A DNA stretch of 63,963 nt, the filler included, from Octopus bimaculoides (Eukaryota): the NCBI RefSeq assembly GCF_001194135.2. It is 5 parts of 4 records of this genome, joined end to end, with 100 filler letters (N's around TTAATTAATTAA, not from the genome) between each part and the next. Parts side by side here need not be neighbours in the genome. Positions count along the whole stretch, not along the records: positions 32,095 to 55,860 come from NC_068986.1; 4 more parts are not named here. The stretch is one strand, 5' to 3'. Each line of letters begins with the position of its first letter. The first letter of the stretch is position 1. Positions 40,055-53,056 of this stretch are shown piece after piece. The position numbers and the translations under genes were made by a program. A model generated the notes under the pieces. That model saw nothing but the letters and a program-made list of their open reading frames with translations. It was not told where the DNA came from and did not search any database.

Positions 40055-40959
40055 TTAATTATTTCTGCTATTCAGTGTGTATACAGTCTGTCTTGCCGTT
40101 ATGGGCTTCCTAAAACATGTTTTCTTAAACGTTGTGCGAAATGCTCTGCTTGTGATCATATAACAAATAAAGTTGAAACAGTGGTTAATCTGCGACAACA
40201 TATTCAACATAAGATAGTTTTTGAAATTAACTTCAAATTCTATCTGTGTCAGTACAAAAGTAAATATTGATATAGGAAAGGTTGTTAGCAAAAACAAAAC
40301 ATCCATGGAAATTACCACATAAATATTGGTCCGACTCCGCTGTGAGTTGCGTTTTGTCTGTTGTCCGAGGTTCGGTCTTTGGAGTAGCTTATAGATTAAG
40401 GCAACAGAACTGGTGATTTAAATCACCGCTGGGACAAACGAATAAATGGCAAGTGATATGTTCCATTTATGCTTCAACAATTTTCTCAATATTGTATCTA
40501 AAGTATATATTATAGAAACACAAATAAGAAGAACGAACATAACGCCGTATGGTTTGTAAGCATTAGACAAATTTAGCCGGGAAAACGGTTTGAAAACTGC
40601 TAACAAACGCTCGAGTGATACAACTACCAATAACCATGAAGAAAAAGTGATTAATAACAAAGTAATTCCCCTGGAAACTGGATCGTGAAATAACATTTTA
40701 ACACAGTCTGCATTTTAAAAAATAAAAGTATAATATATATATATTTATTGGAAAGAAGAAATACTATACCCAAGTCTACAAAACCTAAAGTCACGACGTA
40801 TGGGGCAATTTTAGACTGACGCATTTCTTTCCTGCAAAATATTACAATCCCTGTTAAATTACAGAAACTTCCACATACTATTAACGTCATGCAAACATAC
40901 CGTATAGTAAGAATTGCAGTTAAGTTCGTATGATTCCTTATGACGGTACTGTTTAGCAT
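40055..40959 (-). pseudogene. Class A orphan GPCR pseudogene (copy A)
   Basis: Three ORF pieces assemble into a full paralogue of 48456-49388 (GSFCN, LGFVD, VSLERLLA, YKPY, YSFVP, FLLTTFP, NHCFNFICY). Lesions: frameshift in an (AT)n run near 40735, a TAA at 40714-40716 in the restored frame, and a TAA after PAVI (40418-40420). Confidence 0.9.
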
Positions 40960-41680
40960 CGTCTCAACTTAGACGTATGTCTTAAGCAGCAATAATTACT
41001 GTAGACTATAAAGTTGAATAAAATACTTAATCTCTATCTCTGTATATATATATATATATAAATATGAAGAAAATTAATTTTCGGGTTTCTGTTACAATAT
41101 TTTTTTATTTCATGTGTTAAATAGACTTGGCTTCGAGTTCTATGGTTGCCATTAACACTGAATACGATTTGTATGTTGAATATGCTATTCCAACTTAGTT
41201 TCATGCAATTATTTACGGTATATGTAACCGATATTCATTTCATACTTTGTGCTCACAGTAATTTAGAAATGATAACCCGTTTGTAGTTTGCAACCAAGCA
41301 AGCAGTTTAGGAAACATAAATAATTGTAAGTTTGAGGTGTATCTTATTTAAGGCGAACTGCTATTGAAATAAACAATATGAGACAGTATTATATTAATGA
41401 AACAAGCAAGTATCACAGTAAAGAGATATTTAAAAAGACGATACATCTCCGTATGATATTAACATATTAAATATAAAATATCTAATAAAAATATAATCTA
41501 ATGTTTTTTTTATACTTCCCGAAAATGAGAGGATTAAATGCACTTAACTCACATGAAATAATTCCATTCGAATACTATGCAACTGAATTACGTATGTTAC
41601 TGTCAGATTCTAGTCATCAATTTTATATTCACTGCTACAATCTCGAATCTGAAACAAACTGTTAGTCCCTTTGATTTACA

Positions 41681-41775
<95 letters not shown>

Positions 41776-41808
41776 ATATATGTATATCTATATGTATATA
41801 TATATGTT

Positions 41809-41893
<85 letters not shown>

Positions 41894-42244
41894 GTTGTGA
41901 GCATAATAAACATAAATCCGGTTTATCCTTGCCTCCGTTTAATATAATAATTTTATACATAAAGTGATAATAGTGAGTCTTTCATTACTGTTAATATAAT
42001 TTCCTCTTTAAAATAACATAAAATATGACACGAATATTAACTTATTGAACAGGAGCACGGTTTTACTAATATATCATAATGATCATAATATTAATCATGA
42101 TCCCTGTCATCATCATCATCGTCGTCGTCACCACAATGGTCATCAGCATCGTTATCATGATCTCCTTCATTATCATTGTCACCTTTATAAAAAAAAAATT
42201 AAATAAATAATAATTACCGTCACCGTTATTAACCTCGTCAATGT

Positions 42245-42540
42245 TGAGCTGGCAGTCTAGTTAGCAGGCTGGGCAAAATGCTTAGCGGCATTTCGTTCGA
42301 CCTTATGTTCCGAGTTCAAATTGTACCGCGGTCGACTTTGCCATTTATACTTTCCAGGTCGATGAAAGAAAGCTGTGGATTTATCCCCCTCCCGCAACAT
42401 CGCTGGCCTTGCGCCAAAAATTGAAATCAATATTATTATGAAGAAGCTAGCTTCCGAACCACATGGTTCCCGGTTCAGTCCCAGTGCTTAGCCGAACAAA
42501 GCCCTGCGGTAGACGGACATTTAAAGAAGCCTATCGTAAA
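42245..42540 (+). mobile_element. SINE family 1 followed by SINE family 2 fragment
   Basis: GAGCTGGCAG...GAGTTCAAATT...GGTCGACTTTGCC; then GAACCACATGGTTCCCGGTTCAGTCCCAGTGC...AAAGAAGCC. Confidence 0.7.
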
Positions 42541-42923
42541 TATATATATANNNNNNNNNNNNNNNNNNNNNNNNNNNNNNNNNNNNNNNNNNNNNNNNNN
42601 NNNNNNNNNNNNNNNNNNNNNNNNNNNNNNNNNNNNNNNNNNNNNNNNNNNNNNNNNNNNNNNNNNNNNNNNNNNNNNNNNNNNNNNNNNNNNNNNNNNN
42701 NNNNNNNNNNNNNNNNNNNNNNNNNNNNNNNNNNNNNNNNNNNNNNNNNNNNNNNNNNNNNNNNNNNNNNNNNNNNNNNNNNNNNNNNNNNNNNNNNNNN
42801 NNNNNNNNNNNNNNNTATAGATTTAATCAACAGATTCAATGTGGTACTTAAAATGTTTGAGGCACCAGAATTTGGTAGAGTAAAGCCAAAAACAAAATCA
42901 AGAGATTTGGTGAATAAAATTTG

Positions 42924-43215
42924 AAGAAAAGCAACAAAAATTCAATAAGTTATAGCAGTAAGTACGTTTTGTACAAACATCATTTATTTATGTAGTGAAA
43001 ACACTACATAAGATGTGTAATGAAAATGTACTCCTCAGCTGCATAATGGAATTTCATTTTAGAAAGTCATTTTGTAGATTTTTGCACACATCTACAAAAT
43101 GACTTTCTAAAATGAAATTCCATTATGCAGCTGAGGAGTACATTTTCATAAATAAATGAAGTTTGTACGAAACGTACGTACTGCTATAACCTATTGAATT
43201 TTCGTTGCCTTTCTT
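42924..43215. repeat. Long inverted repeat / fold-back hairpin (about 290 bp)
   Basis: 43021-43079 is the exact reverse complement of 43091-43149 (59 bp, 11-nt loop). Outer arms also pair with a few mismatches, and the left arm has one short unpaired insertion. Confidence 0.95.
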
Positions 43216-43229
43216 GTGTGTGTATGTTT

Positions 43230-43405
43230 GTGTATGTATTTCTGTGTCTGTGTTTGTCACCCCAACATCGCTTGATAACCGATGCTGGTGTGTTTACGTC
43301 CCCGTAACTTACCGATTCCGCAAAAGAGATAAATGAAGTACCAGTTGCATACTGGTGTCGATATAATCGACTGTCCCCCTCCCCCAAAATTTCAGGCCTT
43401 GTGCT
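43230..43405 (+). mobile_element. SINE family 3/1 composite
   Basis: CATCGCTTGATAACCGATGCTGGTGTGTTTACGTCCCCGTAAC...AGTACCAGTTGCATACTGGTGTCGATATAATCGAC. Confidence 0.65.
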
Positions 43406-43959
43406 AAGAGTAGAACAGTTTATGTGTTTACGTATTTTTCACTCGTAGTTGATCTCGTGAACATCATGTACCTTATATTTATTGATTCATAATCGAACGC
43501 CACGCCGCCTTGTCCAGTGTAAGTTTTTACTTTTATATATAATTTCTGCGACTCGACACTCTGTGTCAGTTTCTTTCTTTCTGTCTTTCTATCCTTCTAC
43601 AATCTTCATCTTCCGTTTCTCCCCCTCCCCCTTTGCTATCCTCTCTCTAACTTTCTTCCACCCTTTACTACCTTTCGTTCCTTATTATATTATTATGTGC
43701 ATATTACCGAGAAGTCTTCTGTTTACACTTCTTTCAGCGTAGACTAATTATGGCCTACACTCGGCGATGATAGTGTGTTTCACACTGTTCCTTTGTATAC
43801 ATCCATTTTTTTTAACAATATTAACATATTATATTACGCGAGCATGAACGTATTGAACACGCTAATAGCGTTACTAATGTGATATTACAATGGTCATCGT
43901 CATCACCATCATTTTCGCCAACACCGTAGTTGTTGTTATCATCGTCGTCATCGTCGTCG

Positions 43960-43998
<39 letters not shown>

Positions 43999-44439
43999 TC
44001 ATCATCATCATCATCATCATCGAAACCAGAACACTGGTCAATGTATTTAAATGTATTATACTCATTATAAATGCAAAGTAACGTTTTTTGGAATAATTTT
44101 TCATGCTGATTTCAAAATTTCACTTCATTTGTTTGCAGCACGTACCGGTCTTTCAGTAGATACATGGAAATATTTACATATTTGTAGTTATGAAATCATT
44201 AACGTAATAAATGAGGAAATATTATTTTTAGAAAGTGAATGAGTTTATTCAATTACAAATCACCGCTATCATTCTACAAAGAGTGAATACACACAAAAAA
44301 AGATCAGACAAAACAGCCAAAGTTAGAACAACAGAATTAGAATCATTGCAATATGGATTTCCTTCGGTGTTCCTGATCTGGTTGATCATGGTAAAGTGTC
44401 CAGCAGTAGTCAGCAAGCGTACTCTCATTCCAGAATTCC

Positions 44440-45190
44440 AGAAGCCTCGGTGCCGTTTCTACATAGCACTAATATACTTGTGAAATTTTTCACCATGTTC
44501 ATAAGACACTGCTCCAAGGTTATTAGCGGAGAAATTCAAATAGGAGTCCAAGAAGTGAACTTTCAGTGACATGCGACAACCCATTGCTGAGTAACATTCT
44601 AGAATATTCTTGATGCCATCCTTATAGTCCATTGCCTATTTGTTGCCCAAGAAATTCTCACAGATCCAATTGAAAGCATTCCAGGCAGGCAGTTCCAGTT
44701 CATCCAGTGTTGGCTTGAAGTTGAAATCTTTGCGTACTTCTCTAATTTGGGGTCCGACGACGATATCTTCTTTCAAATTAGCCTGTGTGATTCTGGGAAG
44801 CGTTTCAACAATATACTCAAACCCTTTGGTATTTTTCTTCCCTAGCGTCTTTAAAAACTGTTTCATGAGTCAAAGCTTTATGTGCGAAGGAGGCAAGAGG
44901 ACAGAACATGGATGATGTATTCTTAACGCTAGACAATCCTTGCTGGTATGATGTTGTTGTCTGCCAGTTTGATTCCGAATAATGTCTTTCAATTGCCTGA
45001 TTATCTGATAGACACAAGAAACAACGGCATTTTGTGAAACCGGCCTGCATTCTTGTTAATATTCCAATGACTATTAAATCTCCACATATTTTCCATGAGT
45101 ATCTTTCATAGGTAATGGCATGAATTCAAATTTCCATATTCGCCAATTATTCTCAGAGTCCATCCGATTAAAATAGTGCACAGGGAAAGA
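44440..45190 (-). mobile_element. DNA transposon transposase remnant, probably Chapaev3-like (CMC superfamily)
   Basis: MKQFLKTLGK...EDIVVGPQIRE...ELPAWNAFNWICENFLGNK...MGCRMSLKVHFLDSYL...NLGAVSYEHGENFH matches a widespread transposase consensus (MKQFVKAL...IFVGPQIR...NFLGN...MSLKIHFLHSH...NLGAVSDEHGERFH). Superfamily name recalled, not searched. Confidence 0.75.
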
Positions 45191-45594
45191 AATGGTCGAG
45201 AATCACTAACTGAAACCAAGGAATTATTATTGTACATTATAAACCAAAGTACATAAATAATATACGAGATGGAATATCCAGTTTTACAATGAATTGGAAA
45301 AGGAAAAAAAAATGTCTCTTAATGTTTGATTATTTAGCAACATATTTCAGAACAACCGAAAAGCTTTACAGCTCACCTGGAATATCTTTGCCAGTATTTT
45401 GTAGTTAAGTATTTAGATATTTTTCATCATTAAAATAACTATTCTAATGAAACATTTAACCCGATTACGAAGCACAGAAAAGCTAGGCGCGTGATCTAAA
45501 GTTTCTTGCAAATAATCATGTAATGTATGTTTTCAAAAATGAAATGGTTTGAAAGAATTGTGTACTTAATATTCCTATTATAACACTACGTGCT

Positions 45595-45790
45595 GTCAAA
45601 AACGTTAGCAAGCTGGGTAAAATACTCAGCGGAATTTCGTCTGTCTGAGTCTAAATTCTGCCGAGGTCGACTTTGTTTTTCATTCTCTCAGGGTCGATAA
45701 ATTAAGTACCAGCTCCGTATTGGGGGAGCTCTAATCGAGTGAACCCCGGCCTCAAAAATTTCGGGACTTAAGCCTAGCGTAGAAAAGCAT
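45595..45790 (+). mobile_element. SINE family 1
   Basis: ACGTTAGCAAGCTGGG...GAGTCTAAATTCTGCCGAGGTCGACTTTG.TTTTCATTCTCTCAGGGTCGATAAATTAAGTACCAG. Confidence 0.8.
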
Positions 45791-45926
45791 ATTTTTATAT
45801 TGTATTCTCTATAACATGTACATAACATTTATTGGATACACATCTGAAACTTGTATGTGATTTATCATTCATGTGAAGGTAATGACAATTATATCCAGTT
45901 CCATATTCAAAAGATGAAGAATTATG

Positions 45927-46055
45927 TACATTCTTTACATCTGACGGATATTTGTACTCATCTTGTTTGTTCTTAACAAAATGTTTCTCTTGTATACCCT
46001 CCAGCCTTCATCGGTTGTCTTGGGGGAATTTGGAATCTGAGTTCTCATTCTCGAT
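45927..46055 (-). mobile_element. Penelope-like terminal repeat (family B), left copy
   Basis: Inverted homologue of 47196-47337. Minus strand has a decayed hammerhead-like core: GACAA CCGATGA A GGCTG GAGGGTATA. Confidence 0.6.
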
Positions 46056-46063
46056 GTTAATAT

Positions 46064-46362
<299 letters not shown>

Positions 46363-47062
46363 NNNNNNNNNNNNNNNNNNNNNNNNNNNNNNNNNNNNNN
46401 NNNNNNNNNNNNNNNNNNNNNNNNNNNNNNNNNNNNNNNNNNNNNNNNNNNNNNNNNNNNNNNNNNNNNNNNNNNNNNNNNNNNNNNNNNNNNNNNNNNN
46501 NNNNNNNNNNNNNNNNNNNNNNNNNNNNNNNNNNNNNNNNNNNNNNNNNNNNNNNNNNNNNNNNNNNNNNNNNNNNNNNNNNNNNNNNNNNNNNNNNNNN
46601 NNNNNNNNNNNNNNNNNNNNNNNNNNNNNNNNNNNNNNNNNNNNNNNNNNNNNNNNNNNNNNNNNNNNNNNNNNNNNNNNNNNNNNNNNNNNNNNNNNNN
46701 NNNNNNNNNNNNNNNNNNNNNNNNNNNNNNNNNNNNNNNNNNNNNNNNNNNNNNNNNNNNNNNNNNNNNNNNNNNNNNNNNNNNNNNNNNNNNNNNNNNN
46801 NNNNNNNNNNNNNNNNNNNNNNNNNNNNNNNNNNNNNNNNNNNNNNNNNNNNNNNNNNNNNNNNNNNNNNNNNNNNNNNNNNNNNNNNNNNNNNNNNNNN
46901 NNNNNNNNNNNNNNNNNNNNNNNNNNNNNNNNNNNNNNNNNNNNNNNNNNNNNNNNNNNNNNNNNNNNNNNNNNNNNNNNNNNNNNNNNNNNNNNNNNNN
47001 NNNNNNNNNNNNNNNNNNNNNNNNNNNNNNNNNNNNNNNNNNNNNNNNNNNNNNNNNNNNNN

Positions 47063-47337
<275 letters not shown>

Positions 47338-47769
47338 ATTATATCCAGCAGTCAAATTTCGGAAGCCCTTCATCGTTTAGACTTCCATCGCATATTCAAT
47401 GCGAATTCTTTATTGCAGGTATGAATTTGAAAGAAGTTGATTGCATTTACAAAAGCATGAACACACTATAAAATAGTAAAGAAAAGAAGACACAGGCCTA
47501 TGTACGCATATGTAATATATATGATTTCGGTTGTGACAAATACGAACAGTGTCATCGATGTGCCTGAGTTGAGTAGATGTATTGTAAATGTTACAGAGTA
47601 CATAGGTAGAAAGATGGAAGGATAGATGAATTGATTGTAAAATAGTTAAAATATATGTTTATGTGTGTGAGTGTATAAATCTGTGTATATTATCTCCCCT
47701 TCTTCATAGCACTACTGTCTGACAACCTCTGTCTGGCCATCGCCATGATTGACCGCTAGCTACTAAAGC

Positions 47770-47930
47770 TTTCTTTTTGTATTCTCTCTCTGTTTATTTT
47801 CTCGTGCCCCTTTCTGTTGAAGAGCGTAGGCTCGAATTGTAAAAAAAAATTCCTCACCTTCCCGAGCGTTAAACTAATATATCTGTGTGTTTTTTATACA
47901 CATGTCTTCATCTTAGTTTTTTTTGTAAAT
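47770..47930 (+). mobile_element. Family A repeat copy
   Basis: CCTTT CTGTTGA A GAGC GTAG GCTC GAA followed by a decayed helix III. Confidence 0.65.
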
Positions 47931-48107
47931 TCCAACTATTTACAGACACACACACACACACACCCACATATTTATATATAAGCATCTACATACACACGCG
48001 TACACACACATAGATACATATGCACAAACACACATATACACACACTCACACACGTACACACACACTCATAGATATATACATACATCCACACACACACACG
48101 CACACAC

Positions 48108-48158
<51 letters not shown>

Positions 48159-48455
48159 TTCAAATATATAGATACGTAGGTAGATGGATAAAGTTACGCA
48201 AGATACATACGTAGGTTGATGTTTTTAAGAAATATAGGAGCTTACAAAGGAATTACACACCTACAAAAATAAACATATCACATGTTTACATATAAGTCTA
48301 TGTAATTACGGAGATGTACTTGCATAGCAAGTGACCTGATCTGAGATCGTGTGCTGGAACGAAGACAATTGCATATGTAATTAGAAAGTGCAAAAAGACA
48401 TATAACTGTAGATGCAAATATTATGCGAATGTCTACTTACCTTATGGAATAAAGT

Positions 48456-49388
48456 TTAATTATTTCTGTCGTGCAATATATATAGATTCTGTCTGACCAC
48501 TGAAGGCCTTAAGAAGAATGTTCTTTTGAAATTTTCTCGAAACGCTCTGTTTGTAATCATATTACAAACGAAGTTGAAACAGTTGTTAATCAGCGCAAAA
48601 GTACTCAACAGGACAAGAGTGTCGAAATTTATGTAAAATTTTTTACTATTCTGCGTTATTACAAAGAAACAAATTGATAAAGGGAATGTTGTCAGAAGAA
48701 ATAGAACGTTCATGGCAATTACAACACGAATTGTTGTCATTCTCTGTGTTAAGATGTTGTGTTGAATCTGTTGACCGAGATTTGGTCGTTTGAGCAACTT
48801 ATATATTAAAGCAACAGAACTGGCGAATAAAAATCCCGCTGGCATGAATGAATACAAAAAGAATGATATGCGAAAATTATGCGCTATATTATTTTCCAGT
48901 AATGCAATTAATAAGTTCGTTATAGAAATACAAATCAGAAGAGTAAACATAACAGCGTACGGTTTGTAAGTATTAGTGAAGCGTAACTGGAAAAATGGAG
49001 TGTAAATTGCTATCAAACGTTCCAGCGATATAACCACCACTAACCACGAGGAATACATATCTAGAGAGAAAACAAATCTGTCCAAAATTGGATAATCAAA
49101 CATCACGTTGGCTGAGGTGATATTTTGACGAATAAAACTATAACTGATATATCTGATGGAACCTATCAAGACTATGCTCAAATCTACAAACCCCAAGCAA
49201 ATAAAATAAGGGGCAGCTTTGTATTGACGCATTTCCTTTCTGCAGAATATTGCAATAACAGCTAAATTATTGAAAGTTCCTAATGTCAGTAATGTTACGG
49301 AAATATACCGTATAGAAAGAATTGTAGAAATGTTTGTATGATTCGACATCAATTTAGAGTTGAACATTTGGGAGTTGTATATATCCAT
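48456..49388 (-). CDS. Single-coding-exon class A (rhodopsin-like) orphan GPCR, 310 aa (copy B); resembles FMRFamide-receptor-like / molluscan chemoreceptor-type orphans
   Basis: Open ORF with seven hydrophobic segments, N-terminal NHT glycosylation site, TM1 GTFNN, TM2 LGFVD, TM3 VISLERLIA, TM5 YSFMP, TM6 FLLTTFP, TM7 NNCFNF, and helix 8 RAFRENFK. Confidence 0.93.
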   Translation of the reverse strand: MDIYNSQMFNSKLMSNHTNISTILSIRYISVTLLTLGTFNNLAVIAIFCRKEMRQYKAAPYFICLGFVDLSIVLIGSIRYISYSFIRQNITSANVMFDYPILDRFVFSLDMYSSWLVVVISLERLIAIYTPFFQLRFTNTYKPYAVMFTLLICISITNLLIALLENNIAHNFRISFFLYSFMPAGFLFASSVALIYKLLKRPNLGQQIQHNILTQRMTTIRVVIAMNVLFLLTTFPLSICFFVITQNSKKFYINFDTLVLLSTFALINNCFNFVCNMITNRAFRENFKRTFFLRPSVVRQNLYILHDRNN

Positions 49389-49972
49389 GTTGATGCTTGC
49401 ATAATATTATAATAATTCCGTTGGAACTGTGTAAGATTGAATGCAATGTTAACCAACTGTTATTTATGAATTTATATTGCGAGAATAATACAATATATAT
49501 TTCTCGATCAATATACACATCCTTATATATGTCTGTCTGTCTGTCTATCTATCCATCTATCTATCTATCAATGTATCTGTCTGTATGTATGTCTGTCTGT
49601 CTCTTTGTCTGTCTGTCTATCTATCTAATTTACATGAGAGCAACAATGTAGGAGTTGTTAGAATGTGTCGCAAAAATGCTAGTAAGGCCGAATTAGCATA
49701 TTTACAGGCCCAGTAATGTGTCGAAAATTGTTCTGTTTTGCTTATTTCAAAAACAGTATTTCGAATTGAGTTATAAGCCTTTATTCGCTAATAATTTCTC
49801 TATTCTCTTTTCTTCTCGAAGTTAAAACATGCTTAACTTACAAAGCGCACACGAAATTAAATTAGAAATCCTTGACAGTACGCTTCACAAATATTTATTC
49901 CGTCGTTTGATGTCACCGACGTTTAGAAATAATAAACTGGAAACGCTATTAAAGTATAATTCCTAATTGTGA

Positions 49973-50023
<51 letters not shown>

Positions 50024-51559
50024 NNNNNNNNNNNNNNNNNNNNNNNNNNNNNNNNNNNNNNNNNNNNNNNNNNNNNNNNNNNNNNNNNNNNNNNNNNNNN
50101 NNNNNNNNNNNNNNNNNNNNNNNNNNNNNNNNNNNNNNNNNNNNNNNNNNNNNNNNNNNNNNNNNNNNNNNNNNNNNNNNNNNNNNNNNNNNNNNNNNNN
50201 NNNNNNNNNNNNNNNNNNNNNNNNNNNNNNNNNNNNNNNNNNNNNNNNNNNNNNNNNNNNNNNNNNNNNNNNNNNNNNNNNNNNNNNNNNNNNNNNNNNN
50301 NNNNNNNNNNNNNNNNNNNNNNNNNNNNNNNNNNNNNNNNNNNNNNNNNNNNNNNNNNNNNNNNNNNNNNNNNNNNNNNNNNNNNNNNNNNNNNNNNNNN
50401 NNNNNNNNNNNNNNNNNNNNNNNNNNNNNNNNNNNNNNNNNNNNNNNNNNNNNNNNNNNNNNNNNNNNNNNNNNNNNNNNNNNNNNNNNNNNNNNNNNNN
50501 NNNNNNNNNNNNNNNNNNNNNNNNNNNNNNNNNNNNNNNNNNNNNNNNNNNNNNNNNNNNNNNNNNNNNNNNNNNNNNNNNNNNNNNTATATATATATAT
50601 ATATATATATATATGCATATATACACATATATGTGCGTATGTGTGTCTGTAAGTGTGTTTTTGTGTGTGTGTATGCACTTGTGTGTATAGATTGATTGAT
50701 AATATTAATGGCTACCTGCCAATATTAAGCAATAATCCCATGTATATATATCGACGATAAGGTTTCTTCCATTGGGCGTTTGTATACATTCGTTCCCTTG
50801 CATCATCAGCTTATTATACTACGCAAACATGTATTAATTGAACATGTCATTAATAAATCACGACCACTAAAACCAACACCACCACCACCACCAACACCAT
50901 CAACATCAACATCACTGTCACCGCCACGAAAACCACCACCGTCATTATTATTGTCATCATCACAACAAGCACCATCATTCTCATCATTATCATCATCATC
51001 ATCATCATCATCGTCGTCGTCGTCGTCATCATCATCATCATCACAATTATTGTCCTTCTTATTTTGATAACCCGAAAACTATTAAATGTTCATTTTTGCA
51101 GCAAGGAATGATGTTCGCTTGAGGTTTAGTGTCAAAACGACTGCTGAAATCCGAAGAATAACTCTAAGGATTATTATTAGTATATTACTCATTCTGTCGC
51201 AGATCTAACCAGCCCTCTGTTTTGCTTGCTGTAAATTTACTCTCTCATTACTAATGCCATTAATGCAACATCCGTCAGCACTAATACATAATCGTGCGTC
51301 ATTGTCTGCCAGAGGTCTAACGACATCACCTTTAGACCTTTTTATTTTATAAATATCTCTATTAGTATTTCTTTTCGTAAATAGAATTACTCCCAAACCT
51401 GGTTCCCAAAACTTTTGTCGCTGAATAACTGTTACAAAATATTTATCGGTTACAAATTATAAACTATGTCTTGATTCAGCGCTTGCAGGGAAAATGGTAA
51501 AAAGAAGTCCGCTATTAGAAACATGTTAGCGTTTATACGGTTTTTCATATATTCTTTTA

Positions 51560-51760
51560 CATGTTACAGTCATTTCACTGATGCCATGCTGAACCACCGC
51601 TTTTAGTCGGGCAAATCGACCCCATGCCTTGTTCTTTGTAGGCCTAGTATTTATTCTATCGGTCTCTTTTTGACGGACCGCTAGTATACAGGGACGTAAA
51701 CACACCATAAATTTAGACGTAGCCGGAACAAATCTTTGGTCGAAACATACACACACACAC
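51560..51760 (-). mobile_element. SINE-associated family 3 copy
   Basis: Reverse complement of the family 3 segment (GTTACAGTCATTTCACTGATGCCATGCTGAACCACCGC...GACGTAAACACACCA). Confidence 0.6.
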
Positions 51761-52836
51761 ACACATAATACGTATATACATACATAAATATTCATATATA
51801 TATATATATATGNNNNNNNNNNNNNNNNNNNNNNNNNNNNNNNNNNNNNNNNNNNNNNNNNNNNNNNNNNNNNNNNNNNNNNNNNNNNNNNNNNNNNNNN
51901 NNNNNNNNNNNNNNNNNNNNNNNNNNNNNNNNNNNNNNNNNNNNNNNNNNNNNNNNNNNNNNNNNNNNNNNNNNNNNNNNNNNNNNNNNNNNNNNNNNNN
52001 NNNNNNNNNNNNNNNNNNNNNNNNNNNNNNNNNNNNNNNNNNNNNNNNNATATATATATATACATATATATATATATACATACATACATTTATGTACATA
52101 GATACATATATGCGTGTCTACAGATTTTTTTTGACGTTTGACAGTAGTTCTTTTGAAGTGTTGTACTGAGAATAATTTCGTTGTTACCAACACTCTGTTT
52201 AAGCTAAAAAAATACATATAAAACCCCCTGGATGTACCCACGATCTAAGCAATGGCATCTCATACGTTATATTTTGATCAGAAAACGTGATATGAAAGTC
52301 ATTGCTAGCGTTCGGGCCACGTCTAGTGCATGGAGAAATAGATTTTTCGATAATGTGTAAAATTCGATAGTCTGGTCCCCGAAAGTTAAATGTTGCAAAC
52401 TTTAAATTATCGAGCAACTTGCAAAGATTTCACAATGCTATAGAAAGTATCCATCTTGACACAGACTATCTATGGGAAGATTTCAAAACAAAATAGATTC
52501 GTCAGTGGGATTCAAATTACGTCAGTGCAGTGAATGGTTCTCAGAACGATCAAGAGAAATTCATGGATCCACTGTTAGAAAATCAAATCTTAGTCAACAC
52601 ACTTGTTTCTTAGTTCTTGAACCCCAACTCAAACGAAGCTTACAGATATCTGAAAGGGAAAGTGCAGACTGCTCTAAGGAAAATCAGACCCATGGCATCA
52701 TTTCTCTCAGATGCTTCTTGTGCCACTTTTGCCCTATCATTCTGTCATTCCTGTCTGATTTTCCTTAGTGCAGTCTCTATGTACATATATATCTATATCT
52801 ATATATATATATATATAGGGAGTTATCCCTCTCACC

Positions 52837-52908
<72 letters not shown>

Positions 52909-53056
52909 TTACACATATACACATACATACATTCATACATTGATGGTTAGCATACTGGGTTTTGCAAGCAATTGCACACTTACATGTAGAAAAATCTTTA
53001 TCTGTAGATGCAAATATCGTGTAAGTAATTACTGACCTTTTATAATGAAGTATATA

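Noticed and set aside
40418-40420. RNA-editing rescue of the TAA stops in GPCR copy A
   Set aside because: It would need double editing at two separate stops plus frameshift correction, which is implausible.
41545-41575. SHEIIP as a possible HExxH motif
   Set aside because: No second His, no GFD-like continuation, and no splice signals.
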